Assembly: GCA_964480875.1 (NCBI GenBank)
Contig: CAYZRT010000001.1
Span: 8,130 to 72,129 of the forward strand
DNA length: 64,000 bases
From: an uncultured Smithella sp.
Lineage (GTDB): Bacteria; Desulfobacterota; Syntrophia; Syntrophales; Smithellaceae
Direction: 5' to 3'
The translations under genes and the position numbers were made by a program. Of the stretch, positions 39,701 through 47,829 are shown one piece after another. Positions within the stretch are counted from its first letter, which is position 1; every line of letters begins with the position of its first letter. The notes under the pieces were generated by a model that was not told the DNA's origin, made no database searches, and saw nothing but the letters and a program-made list of their open reading frames with translations.

Positions 39701-39921
39701 GATGGGCCATAATCAGAGTATTTTAAAACACATTTTTCCATGCCATCTTGGGGGCTGCTCGTTATGATTATATTGCCATCACGGTCGATACAGCTGTATA
39801 GATCTCCCGCATAGCCTGAGGATAGAAAAACTACAATTATGCATGGTATTAGAAATACGGGTTTCATTTTAATTGTGTTCCTATCAAATGGTTGATCTCC
39901 AATCATGTTCCGTTTTCCCAC
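39400..39921 (-). CDS. secreted DUF4124-like protein with Gln-rich 24-aa tandem repeats
   Basis: 173 aa with a hydrophobic signal-like segment (VFLIPCIIVVFLSSGYA) and DLYSCIDRDGNIIITSSP..C (DUF4124-like). It then has about 3.5 copies of QQPQQGPQQEEQTRQQQAQQERQT. Confidence 0.7.
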   Translation of the reverse strand: MGKRNMIGDQPFDRNTIKMKPVFLIPCIIVVFLSSGYAGDLYSCIDRDGNIIITSSPQDGMEKCVLKYSDYGPSQPQQRPQQEGQIQQPQQGPQQEEQTRQQQAQQERQTQQPQQGPQQEEQTRQQQTQQERQPQQPQQGPQQEEQTRQQQAQQEGQPQQEQARQEGQTQQPH

Positions 39922-39932
39922 CGTCCATCAAA

Positions 39933-40778
39933 TCAGGGGCAATATTTTTTTCCCTTAGAAAATTCCAACAAGAGGCATTTCCCGTATTCACATGCTTTTT
40001 GTGCATCAAGGCAGCCCAACTCTTTATTTCCCTGAATAAAATAAACATTCCCCCGGTTGTGGTATGATTCCGCGTTATCGGGCTTTAAAAGAATCGCCTG
40101 ATTATAGTCAGCAATCGCCGTTTCGTACTGATGAAGTTCTTTAAAAACATTCCCCCTGTTGTTAAAAAAAATCGCTACAGTTGGCTTCATGCGGATGGCC
40201 TCATTGTAATCCGATAAGGCTAGTTTATACTCTTTCTGATCAAAATAAGCATTTCCCCTGGCTCCGTAAGCCGCCGCAAACTTCGGTTGCAAATGGATCG
40301 CTTCGTTAAGATACTCAATCGCCTTTGGTGGATCAGTACATTTCCCGCCCGAGCACAACGATACCGCATGATTATAGAGATCTATAACATTGCGGGGTAT
40401 CGCAGTTGCCGCAGGTTTTGATGCCGGCGACGGCGACGGTTCTGATACTGGAGCAGCAAGCATCTCCATAGCAGGAGATTCAATTTTTGTTTTTTGTTTC
40501 ACCTCTTTTTTATTGACATTCGGTTTATGTGACGTAATGAATAAAACGATAACAACAAACAAAACGATTACGGTGATATAAACTAAATATTCCTGCCCTG
40601 TTTTCTTTCTCTTTTTTTTCTTTTGTATAATGGAATCTTTTTTGCTTTGTCCTTTTTTAGAAGATTTGACAGATGTCTTTTTTCTCCGAATTGTTTCCAA
40701 CTCGAACCATTCATGACATTTTTGACATTGCATTGCTTCGTCTGAATTCCATTCATTACAGAAGGGGCATTTTTTCAT
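39933..40778 (-). CDS. Zn-ribbon / TM / TPR-repeat protein
   Basis: 281 aa with N-terminal CPFC..CQKC, a Lys-rich linker and one TM segment. The C-terminal TPR units include AIEYLNEAIHLQPKFAAAYGARGNAYF and similar. Confidence 0.75.
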   Translation of the reverse strand: MKKCPFCNEWNSDEAMQCQKCHEWFELETIRRKKTSVKSSKKGQSKKDSIIQKKKKRKKTGQEYLVYITVIVLFVVIVLFITSHKPNVNKKEVKQKTKIESPAMEMLAAPVSEPSPSPASKPAATAIPRNVIDLYNHAVSLCSGGKCTDPPKAIEYLNEAIHLQPKFAAAYGARGNAYFDQKEYKLALSDYNEAIRMKPTVAIFFNNRGNVFKELHQYETAIADYNQAILLKPDNAESYHNRGNVYFIQGNKELGCLDAQKACEYGKCLLLEFSKGKKYCP

Positions 40779-40813
40779 AATTCTATCTTTCTACATATGT
40801 GTGCCGGAAAACG

Positions 40814-41062
40814 TCATTCGTCCGGGTTTTTATAATGATACGCTTCCGAGGGAATATTTACAACCAAGACTCTTAATTTTGTTTTTATCAAAGACAGGAA
40901 CGCCGACGCGTTGGGCATCGGTAACTTCTTTTTGCAAAATGCGCGCCCTTTCCTTCTGGCAGCAAAATTATCCACTTCATCCTCAATGTTTCCCTCAATA
41001 ACATTATTACCAGGTACAACCATGATTTTATTTTGATCGGCAAAAAATGCCGCCAGACTCAA
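40814..41062 (-). CDS. hypothetical small membrane-anchored protein (start unresolved)
   Basis: The frame is open from a TAA at about 41093. AAGGAG sits directly upstream, but only CTG, ATC or TTG start candidates follow. The N-terminus is hydrophobic (LQGVVLAAALSLAAFFA). Confidence 0.3.
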   Translation of the reverse strand: MSLAAFFADQNKIMVVPGNNVIEGNIEDEVDNFAARRKGRAFCKKKLPMPNASAFLSLIKTKLRVLVVNIPSEAYHYKNPDE

Positions 41063-41186
41063 AGCGGCGGCAAGGACAACGCCTTGCAGGATAACTCCTT
41101 AAAGATTTTTTTTTTCTTATCATAATCAATACGTTTCAACAATAATTTTCTTTGCATTTTTTTATGAATGAGGTATTCATTTGCTC

Positions 41187-42278
41187 ATGAATGATGAATA
41201 CTACATGACACTTGCTCTCAAACTTGCACGCAGGGGCGCAAAGCATGTAAGCCCCAATCCGATGGTCGGCGCTGTCATTGTGAAAGACGGACGGATAATT
41301 GGCAAGGGTTATCATAAATATTTCGGCGGCGATCATGCCGAAATCAACGCGATAAAAAGTGCCGGAGACAATGTCGCCGGTTCAACGCTTTACGTTACGC
41401 TGGAACCCTGTTGCCATAAGGGCAAAACTCCTCCCTGCGTTGATCGAATTGTCGAAAAAAAAATTGCCCGCGTGGTCATCGGTGCGGTGGATTCCAATCC
41501 TTTAGTTTGTCGTAAGGGCGTTCATTATCTGAAAAAAAACTGCGTAAAAGTTAAAACAGGCGTTTTGGAAGATGACTGTCGCAGCCTCAATGAAATGTTT
41601 TTTCATTTCATGGAAAAAGGCATGCCGTTTATCACGATAAAGTACGCTCAAACATTGGATGGACGTATCGCCACGGCGACCGGCAATTCTCAATGGATAA
41701 GTTCTCCGGCTTCTTTGAAATTTGCTCATAAGCTCAGAGCAGAGCATGATGCTATTTTAGTCGGCCGGAGAACAGTCCAAAAAGATGATCCCGAGCTTAC
41801 GGTGCGGCTTGTCCGCGGAAGAAACCCGCTGCGTATCATCGTTGATTCCGAATTAAATATTTCTCAAAATGCTAAAATATTGCAGAAAACATCTTCAAAT
41901 CCGACGCTGATTGCCACGGTTAAGACAGCCGCCAGTCCGCGATTTAAAAAACTTTCCGCAACCGGCGCGGAAATCATTTCAGTCAAAGCGGATAAAAACG
42001 GGAAAGTCGATTTAAAAAAATTATTCGGGATGCTTGCGCAAAGAAGAATATCTTCTGTTCTGGTCGAGGGCGGATCGCAAATCATAACGTCCTTATTAAA
42101 AAATAATCTGGCTGACCGCCTGGTAACTGTCATTGCTCCTAAAATCATGGGCAGGGGAATTGAAGCTGTTGGAGATCTCAATATAAAAAACCTGACGTCA
42201 GCCAAAAAATTATCCGTTCAAAAAATTATCCGGCTTGAAAGTGATATTATCATTGACACTCGAGTGGTTAAATCCTGA
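41187..42278 (+). CDS. ribD: bifunctional riboflavin biosynthesis deaminase/reductase
   Basis: It has a CMP/dCMP deaminase motif (HAEINAI..PCCHKGKTPPC) and a RibD C-terminal reductase domain. I chose the ATG two codons inside the tracked TTG ORF. Confidence 0.93.
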   Translation: MNDEYYMTLALKLARRGAKHVSPNPMVGAVIVKDGRIIGKGYHKYFGGDHAEINAIKSAGDNVAGSTLYVTLEPCCHKGKTPPCVDRIVEKKIARVVIGAVDSNPLVCRKGVHYLKKNCVKVKTGVLEDDCRSLNEMFFHFMEKGMPFITIKYAQTLDGRIATATGNSQWISSPASLKFAHKLRAEHDAILVGRRTVQKDDPELTVRLVRGRNPLRIIVDSELNISQNAKILQKTSSNPTLIATVKTAASPRFKKLSATGAEIISVKADKNGKVDLKKLFGMLAQRRISSVLVEGGSQIITSLLKNNLADRLVTVIAPKIMGRGIEAVGDLNIKNLTSAKKLSVQKIIRLESDIIIDTRVVKS

Positions 42279-42322
42279 TAAAAGAACGTATTCCTTCATG
42301 CATTTTTCTTTCTATAAATATT

Positions 42323-43924
42323 CTATTTTGCATGATTGTTCATCAGATTTTGCGCCGCATTGATTCCATCCAGGGCGGAGCTGATAATGCCCCCGGCATA
42401 TCCGGCGCCTTCCCCGCAGGGATAAAGTCCGCGAACACCGGAACTCTGTCCGTCGATGTTCCTGCAGATGCGCACCGGTGAAGATGTTCGCGTTTCCACA
42501 CCGATCAGATTAGATTCTTCCGTGATGAATCCGTGCATTTTTTTGTCGAATTCCCTGATTGCATGTCTCAACGCTTTAATGATGAAATCAGGCAATATTT
42601 CATTAAGAGCCGTAGAGTTTACTCCGGGAAGATAACTGGTATGTTTTATTATTGTGCTTGTTTTGCCTGCGAGGAAATCCGTTGTTTTTTGCGCGGGCGC
42701 AAAGTAATTGCTTCCGCCGGCGATAAAAGCTTTTTCCTCCCATATTTTACGGTAGCTAAGGCCATCCAGAGGATTTTTCCCGGACGCAAAATCATCCGCC
42801 CGGACATTAACAACAATAGCGCTGTTGGCAAATTCACCGGAGCGCTGGTAATCGCTCATGCCGTTAGTCACTAAAGAACCGGGCGATGCGGAACAGCCAA
42901 TGATGGAGCCTCCCGGGCACATGCAGAAGGTGTATACGGAGCGATTTAAATCCGTCAATGATGCTTTAATAAAATATTCGGCCGGAGGCAGTTTAGGATG
43001 ACGATACCATTTCCCGTATTGAATGGAATTGATTAATTCCTGCGGATGTTCAATACGCAGTCCCATGGCGAAGGGTTTTGCTTCCATTTTCACGCCGCGT
43101 TCATGAAGTTTCCCATAGGTATCATCAGCGCTCTGACCGATGGCTAATATGATATGATTTGTTTTAATTTCCTCATTTCCGTTAACCATAATTCCGGAAA
43201 TTTTTTCCTGTTCAATTAAAAAATCGGAAACCTGATGATTGAATTTAATCGAACATCCCATATCGACAAGTTTTTTTCGCAAGTTTACGATCACTTTCCT
43301 CAATTTATCGGTACCGATGTGAGGTTTTGCTTCCATAAGAATTTCGGATGGCGCTCCTGCTTCCACTAAAATATTCTTCACCCAGAAAGAATATGGATTT
43401 CCGGAGCGGCTGGTCAGTTTGCCGTCAGAAAATGTTCCGGCGCCACCCTCTCCGAAACAAACATTGCTTTGAGAATCAAGTCTTCCTTTTTTCCAGAATT
43501 CTTCAACGTCCTGAATTCTTTTTTCTATCGGTTGGCCTCGTTCAAAAATAAACGACGGAATTCCTCTAAGAGCAAGAATATAGGCGGCAAAAAGACCTGC
43601 CGGGCCGGTTCCGATGACAACGACGGGCGATGGGTATTGATAAACTCTGGCCGTTTGCGGCGTTTTCCGAACATCTAATACGTTTACAATGTGAAGCCCC
43701 TTATGCAATGTCTGAGGCAACTTCACGCGGGAAGGCAATGTAATCTTCAAGGCGTAAACAAAATGAGGCGGTCTGCTGCGTCGGGCGTCGATGGTTTTTC
43801 TGATAATCTCCAGTTCCCGGATATTATCTTTTGCCGTCATCAGCGCCACGGCGGCTTTATCGGCAAGCATTTCCTCTTTTTCATCAAGATCCAGTATAAT
43901 TCCGCTAAGAATGATAACGCTCAT
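42323..43924 (-). CDS. uncharacterised FAD-dependent dehydrogenase (COG2509-like)
   Basis: 533 aa with the dinucleotide-binding VVVIGTGPAGLFAAYILALRG..FERG. The C-terminal GEGAGYAGGI motif is typical of this family. Confidence 0.7.
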   Translation of the reverse strand: MSVIILSGIILDLDEKEEMLADKAAVALMTAKDNIRELEIIRKTIDARRSRPPHFVYALKITLPSRVKLPQTLHKGLHIVNVLDVRKTPQTARVYQYPSPVVVIGTGPAGLFAAYILALRGIPSFIFERGQPIEKRIQDVEEFWKKGRLDSQSNVCFGEGGAGTFSDGKLTSRSGNPYSFWVKNILVEAGAPSEILMEAKPHIGTDKLRKVIVNLRKKLVDMGCSIKFNHQVSDFLIEQEKISGIMVNGNEEIKTNHIILAIGQSADDTYGKLHERGVKMEAKPFAMGLRIEHPQELINSIQYGKWYRHPKLPPAEYFIKASLTDLNRSVYTFCMCPGGSIIGCSASPGSLVTNGMSDYQRSGEFANSAIVVNVRADDFASGKNPLDGLSYRKIWEEKAFIAGGSNYFAPAQKTTDFLAGKTSTIIKHTSYLPGVNSTALNEILPDFIIKALRHAIREFDKKMHGFITEESNLIGVETRTSSPVRICRNIDGQSSGVRGLYPCGEGAGYAGGIISSALDGINAAQNLMNNHAK

Positions 43925-44118
43925 TTATTGTTCCTTCAGGTAAGGGAAAAGATTTTCAGATACGGTCATACCTGAGATAGATTTTACGGGCAAGTTAAAA
44001 GAATTTTAGGAGATTTAGACCGGAAATCTTACAGATTGTTCAACAGCTTTTTTTATTAAAAAACTTGACTTTCTGTTAATTATACGCAAGATAGCTTGCG
44101 CTAATTAATTTTTGGGGC

Positions 44119-44334
44119 TTGATTTTGAAGGGACATATTAAAATTAACAAGGAAATGTGCAAGGAATGTCTGCTGTGCATCCATTTCTGTCCTAAAGGTC
44201 ATATTATCACGACACATGAATACAATTCCCTGAGCTATCACCCTGTGGGCATTGATGAAACAAAAGAATGTAACGGGTGCGCTCTGTGCGCCACGATGTG
44301 CCCGGAAGTGGCTATTGAGGTTTACCGTGAATAA
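44119..44334 (+). CDS. 2x[4Fe-4S] ferredoxin (delta subunit of 2-oxoacid:ferredoxin oxidoreductase)
   Basis: 71 aa with CKECLLCIHFCP and CNGCALCATMCP. It uses a TTG start (44119 or 44125). Confidence 0.7.
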   Translation: MILKGHIKINKEMCKECLLCIHFCPKGHIITTHEYNSLSYHPVGIDETKECNGCALCATMCPEVAIEVYRE

Positions 44335-45385
44335 AGTATTGATGTCGGGAAATCATATTATCGGTGAAGCGGCCATTCGCGCCGGTTGCCGTTTTTATGC
44401 CGGTTACCCGATTACCCCGCAAAACGAACTCACCGAATATATGGCCGAACACATACGTAATGCCCAAGGCGGAGTCTTCATTCAGTCCGAAAGTGAAGTC
44501 GCGGCAATCAATATGATTGCCGGCGCCAGCGCCGCGGGTCTGCGGGTGATGACCTCATCATCGAGCCCGGGAATTTCTCTGAAACAGGAAGGAATTTCAT
44601 CTATGGCAGCCTGTGAACTGCCCGGCGTGATCGTCAACATCATGCGCGGCGGCCCCGGTCTGGGCAATATCAGACCGTCCCAGGGCGATTACTTTCAGGC
44701 CACGAGGGGGGGGGGACATGGTGATTACCGCTGCATTGTATTAGGACCCGCAAGCGGCCAGGAACTTGCTGATCTGACCATGGAAGGTTTTGATCTTGCC
44801 GATAAATACCGTAATCCGGTGATGATTCTTGCCGATGGCATGATGGGACAAATGATGGAACCCGTGCTATTCAGGAAGCCCAAACCGCGCGTGTATAATG
44901 AAAAATTCATGTTGCGGGGAGCCGGCACGGGCAAAAGTAAATTCATTCACGGTCTGATTCTGGATCCGATTGATATGGAAGAACACAACTGGAAACTGGC
45001 GCGTAAATATGAAATCATCTTCAAAAAAGAACCCCGTTACGAAGAACATAAGATCGATGACGCGCAACTGGTTATTGTGGCTTATGGAACGGCCGCCCGG
45101 ATAGCCAAAGGAGCTATAAAACGATTACGCGGTCAGGGGATGAATGTGGGACTCTTCCGTCCCATATCGTTATGGCCTTTTCCGGAATTGCAGCTCAGAA
45201 GTTTATCATCAAAAATTAAAAAATATCTTGTTTTTGAAATGAGCACCGGGCAGATGCTGGAAGATGTCCGTTTGTCCCTGCAGGGTTACGCTGATATTGA
45301 ATTTCATGGACGTCCGGGAGGAGCGGTTCCCACGCCGGCGGAACTGGCCAATGTGATCGCCAGATATTACGATGAAAATGATTAG
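44327..45385 (+). CDS. 2-oxoacid:ferredoxin oxidoreductase alpha subunit
   Basis: LMSGNHIIGEAAIRAGCRFYAGYPITPQNE. A GTG at 44327 (overlapping the ferredoxin stop) or the ATG at 44342 is preferred over the tracked start at 44252, which would overlap the ferredoxin gene by 83 nt. Confidence 0.85.
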   Translation: MNKVLMSGNHIIGEAAIRAGCRFYAGYPITPQNELTEYMAEHIRNAQGGVFIQSESEVAAINMIAGASAAGLRVMTSSSSPGISLKQEGISSMAACELPGVIVNIMRGGPGLGNIRPSQGDYFQATRGGGHGDYRCIVLGPASGQELADLTMEGFDLADKYRNPVMILADGMMGQMMEPVLFRKPKPRVYNEKFMLRGAGTGKSKFIHGLILDPIDMEEHNWKLARKYEIIFKKEPRYEEHKIDDAQLVIVAYGTAARIAKGAIKRLRGQGMNVGLFRPISLWPFPELQLRSLSSKIKKYLVFEMSTGQMLEDVRLSLQGYADIEFHGRPGGAVPTPAELANVIARYYDEND

Positions 45386-45408
45386 GTATTTCATAAAGGT
45401 TTTTTGAT

Positions 45409-46179
45409 ATGGCAAAAACTGTTTTTAAACGTCCGAAAAGCTTGAAAGAAAAAACTTTCCACTACTGCCCCGGTTGCGGACACAGTATCGCGCACAGAAT
45501 TATTGCCGAAGTGATTGACGAGTTGGATATCCGGGGCATCACCATCGGTGTTCCGCCGGCCGGTTGCGCTGTTCTCGCCTACAATTATTTTGACGTTGAT
45601 ATGATTGAAGCCCCACATGGACGAGGTCCGGCCATGGCTTCCGCGATTAAACGTTCCCTTCCGGACCGGGTTGTTTTTTCTTATCAGGGCGATGGTGATC
45701 TGGCCGCGATAGGCATTGCGGAAAGTTTTCATGCCGCCAATCGAGGTGAAAATATCACCATCATATTTATTAATAACGCCGTTTACGGAATGACCGGCGG
45801 GCAGATGGCTCCGACAACAATGCTGGAACAAAAAACAACAACGTCTCCTTTAGGCAGGAACAAAACGTTGGATGGCTATCCCGTCAAGGTCAGTGAAATA
45901 TTCTCGCAGCTAAAGGGTGTAACGTATCTGGAAAGATGTATGGTGAATTCTCCGGCCAATGTCAATAAAACAAAGAAGGCCATCAAGAAGGCCTTTCAAT
46001 GTCAGATGGACGGATTGGGATTTTCGCTGATTGAAGTCCTTTCGCCGTGTCCGACAAACTGGAAAATGAATGCCGTCAATTCCTGCAAATGGATTGATGA
46101 CGTCATGAGCAAGGAATTTCCCCCCGGTGTTTTTAAGGATCATATTGCCGAAGCGAAGAAAAATGTGGAGGCGAGATAA
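45409..46179 (+). CDS. 2-oxoacid:ferredoxin oxidoreductase beta (TPP-binding) subunit
   Basis: 256 aa with CPGCGH and GDGD..NNAVYGMTGGQ. Confidence 0.9.
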   Translation: MAKTVFKRPKSLKEKTFHYCPGCGHSIAHRIIAEVIDELDIRGITIGVPPAGCAVLAYNYFDVDMIEAPHGRGPAMASAIKRSLPDRVVFSYQGDGDLAAIGIAESFHAANRGENITIIFINNAVYGMTGGQMAPTTMLEQKTTTSPLGRNKTLDGYPVKVSEIFSQLKGVTYLERCMVNSPANVNKTKKAIKKAFQCQMDGLGFSLIEVLSPCPTNWKMNAVNSCKWIDDVMSKEFPPGVFKDHIAEAKKNVEAR

Positions 46180-46721
46180 TGCTGGTTAAAACAATTTTTT
46201 CCGGATTTGGCGGTCAGGGCGTTTTAATGATGGGCGTCAGCTTTGCGCATAGCGGCATGAGCAAAGGTTATCATGTGACGTATCTTCCCGCCTATGGCGC
46301 TGAAATGCGCGGCGGAACCGCCAATTGCACGGTGGCTGTCGCCGATGAAGAAATTGCATCTCCTATTTCCTCTGAACCTAATTACCTTGTCGTCATGAAC
46401 GCTCCTTCTCTGTTTACTTTTCAAAACAAAATTACGACCGGAGGAACCATGTTTTTGAATTCGTCCATTATCAAAGAAGAGCCGCACCGCCAGGACGTAA
46501 AAGTGTTTCGCGTTCCGTGCGCCGACATGGCTCAGGATCTGGGCAATATCAGGGTTTCCAATACCATCATGATGGGCGCTTTTGTAAAAATATCCGATGT
46601 TGTTTCTCCTGATATTTATTTGAAAAGCCTTGAAACCATCATGGGCAGTAAGAAAAAATCTCTGGCTGACCTTAACCGGAAAGCTTTTAATGCCGGTTAT
46701 GATTACGTGAAGAATAATTAA
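46179..46721 (+). CDS. 2-oxoacid:ferredoxin oxidoreductase gamma subunit
   Basis: 180 aa with the GFGGQGV motif. Its ATG overlaps the beta-subunit stop. Confidence 0.88.
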   Translation: MLVKTIFSGFGGQGVLMMGVSFAHSGMSKGYHVTYLPAYGAEMRGGTANCTVAVADEEIASPISSEPNYLVVMNAPSLFTFQNKITTGGTMFLNSSIIKEEPHRQDVKVFRVPCADMAQDLGNIRVSNTIMMGAFVKISDVVSPDIYLKSLETIMGSKKKSLADLNRKAFNAGYDYVKNN

Positions 46722-46731
46722 GGATTTTGTT

Positions 46732-47163
46732 ATGGCTGTAAAGCAAATTTCAGTTATTTTAAATAATGTTCCGGGTTCTTTTGCCACCTTGACACACATC
46801 CTTGATTTGGAAGACATCAGCACCAAAGCCGTTTGTGCCGCCAGTATCGCCGACGACAGCAAGGTTCGTCTGGTGGTCAACGATCCGGATCGCGCCGCGG
46901 CTGTTCTGGAAAGTTATAAATTAAATTTTGAAGTGACCCCTGTTCTGGCGGCCGAAGTTCCGCTGCACGCGGGCGGCATGAACGCCATCTTAAAACCTCT
47001 GGCGAAAGCCGACATTAATATTCATTATCTCTATACAACCATTAACAGGATAGGCAAGGAAACGATCGTCATTCTGGGTGTTGATAAACTGCAGGAAGCC
47101 AGAGAGCTTCTTCTGGAACACTGGATTCACCTGATTGACGATGAGATTTATGCTATTCCTTAA
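46732..47163 (+). CDS. tandem ACT-domain protein
   Basis: 143 aa with two ACT-like halves (ISVILNNVPGSFATLTHIL.., ..VLAAEVPLHAGGMNAILKPL). Confidence 0.65.
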   Translation: MAVKQISVILNNVPGSFATLTHILDLEDISTKAVCAASIADDSKVRLVVNDPDRAAAVLESYKLNFEVTPVLAAEVPLHAGGMNAILKPLAKADINIHYLYTTINRIGKETIVILGVDKLQEARELLLEHWIHLIDDEIYAIP

Positions 47164-47181
47164 AACAATCCCATCCTAATC

Positions 47182-47592
47182 ATGTCTGTGTCTTTGGATA
47201 AAGAAAAAGCGCTCTCTGAAAGAATGAAAAATCTGGGAGTGCTCGAAACAGATTTTGAGGAATCTTTTATTCGTTCCTCGGGTCCGGGCGGACAAAAAGT
47301 CAACAAAAGCTCAACATGCGTTTATCTGGTTCATCTTCCCAGCGGTCTTTCGGTAAAATGCCAGCGGGAGAGATCTCAAATACTCAATCGTTTTCTGGCC
47401 AGACGGTTGTTGCTGGATAAAATCGAGCGACAACAAAAAGGATTCATTGCAAAAGAAAAAGAAAAGCTGGAGAAAATCAGACGACAGAAAAGAAAACGCA
47501 GTAAAAGAGCCAAAGAAAAAATACTGACAAACAAACATCATAAATCAGAAAAGAAAAGTCTGCGCGGAAAAGTTAATATCGTTGAAGAATAG
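47182..47592 (+). CDS. GGQ-domain peptidyl-tRNA hydrolase / release-factor-like protein (ArfB-like)
   Basis: 136 aa with SSGPGGQKVNKSST and a highly basic C-terminal tail. Confidence 0.7.
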   Translation: MSVSLDKEKALSERMKNLGVLETDFEESFIRSSGPGGQKVNKSSTCVYLVHLPSGLSVKCQRERSQILNRFLARRLLLDKIERQQKGFIAKEKEKLEKIRRQKRKRSKRAKEKILTNKHHKSEKKSLRGKVNIVEE

Positions 47593-47604
47593 ATCCCCTC
47601 ATTT

Positions 47605-47765
47605 AATCCCGCGTCGTTTCGCTCAGGGATTGTTCAACTAACCAGTTCCAATGTAATCTTGATTGGATAGAGAAAAAGCATCATGAATCCCACGTCGCTT
47701 CGCTCCTAGGATAATTCGACTTACGCTTCAAACTTCGCTACGCTCGTTTTCAGCTTGTCTCATTA
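47605..47765. repeat. intergenic hairpin-repeat cluster (locus C of dispersed family)
   Basis: A hairpin aatccc-gcgtcgtttcgctca-gggatt lies at 47605-47631. It is followed by gaatcccacgtcgcttcgctcctaggata (about 47685-47712) and the 53-nt module aattcgacttacgcttcaaacttcgctacgctcgttttcagcttgtctcatta (47713-47765). Confidence 0.8.
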
Positions 47766-47802
47766 AAAAAGGGAGGGTAAGTCGATGCACGCTCCCCTCC
47801 CC
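47764..47802 (-). terminator. rho-independent terminator of atpE
   Basis: The minus strand reads GGGGAGGGG-agcgtgcatcgactta-CCCTCCC-TTTTTT. Confidence 0.75.
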
Positions 47803-47829
47803 GTTTATTATAACAATAATGAATTTAAC

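Noticed and set aside
39333-39767. Alternative ORFs through the 72-bp repeat (K/N/S-rich 125 aa on the minus strand; Leu-rich 119 aa and Val/Ala-rich 89 aa on the plus strand)
   Set aside because: The tandem repeat keeps many frames open. Only the 39400..39921 frame continues into a non-repetitive N-terminal signal-like segment and DUF4124-like domain.
41063-41186. Looked for an FMN (RFN) riboswitch upstream of ribD
   Set aside because: The spacer is only about 120 nt, AT-rich, and lacks the conserved GGAUxGxGAAA..CCGxCGG-type RFN strings as far as I can see.
44252-44341. Tracked start of the oxidoreductase alpha subunit at 44252
   Set aside because: It would overlap the ferredoxin gene by 83 nt and add a non-conserved Cys/Arg-rich N-terminus. 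Alpha subunits begin a few residues before the LMxGN motif, which fits GTG 44327 or ATG 44342.
46224-46880. 218-aa minus-strand ORF overlapping the oxidoreductase gamma subunit and ACT genes
   Set aside because: It is antisense to two plus-strand genes with recognisable family motifs and tight operon spacing. It has no motifs of its own.
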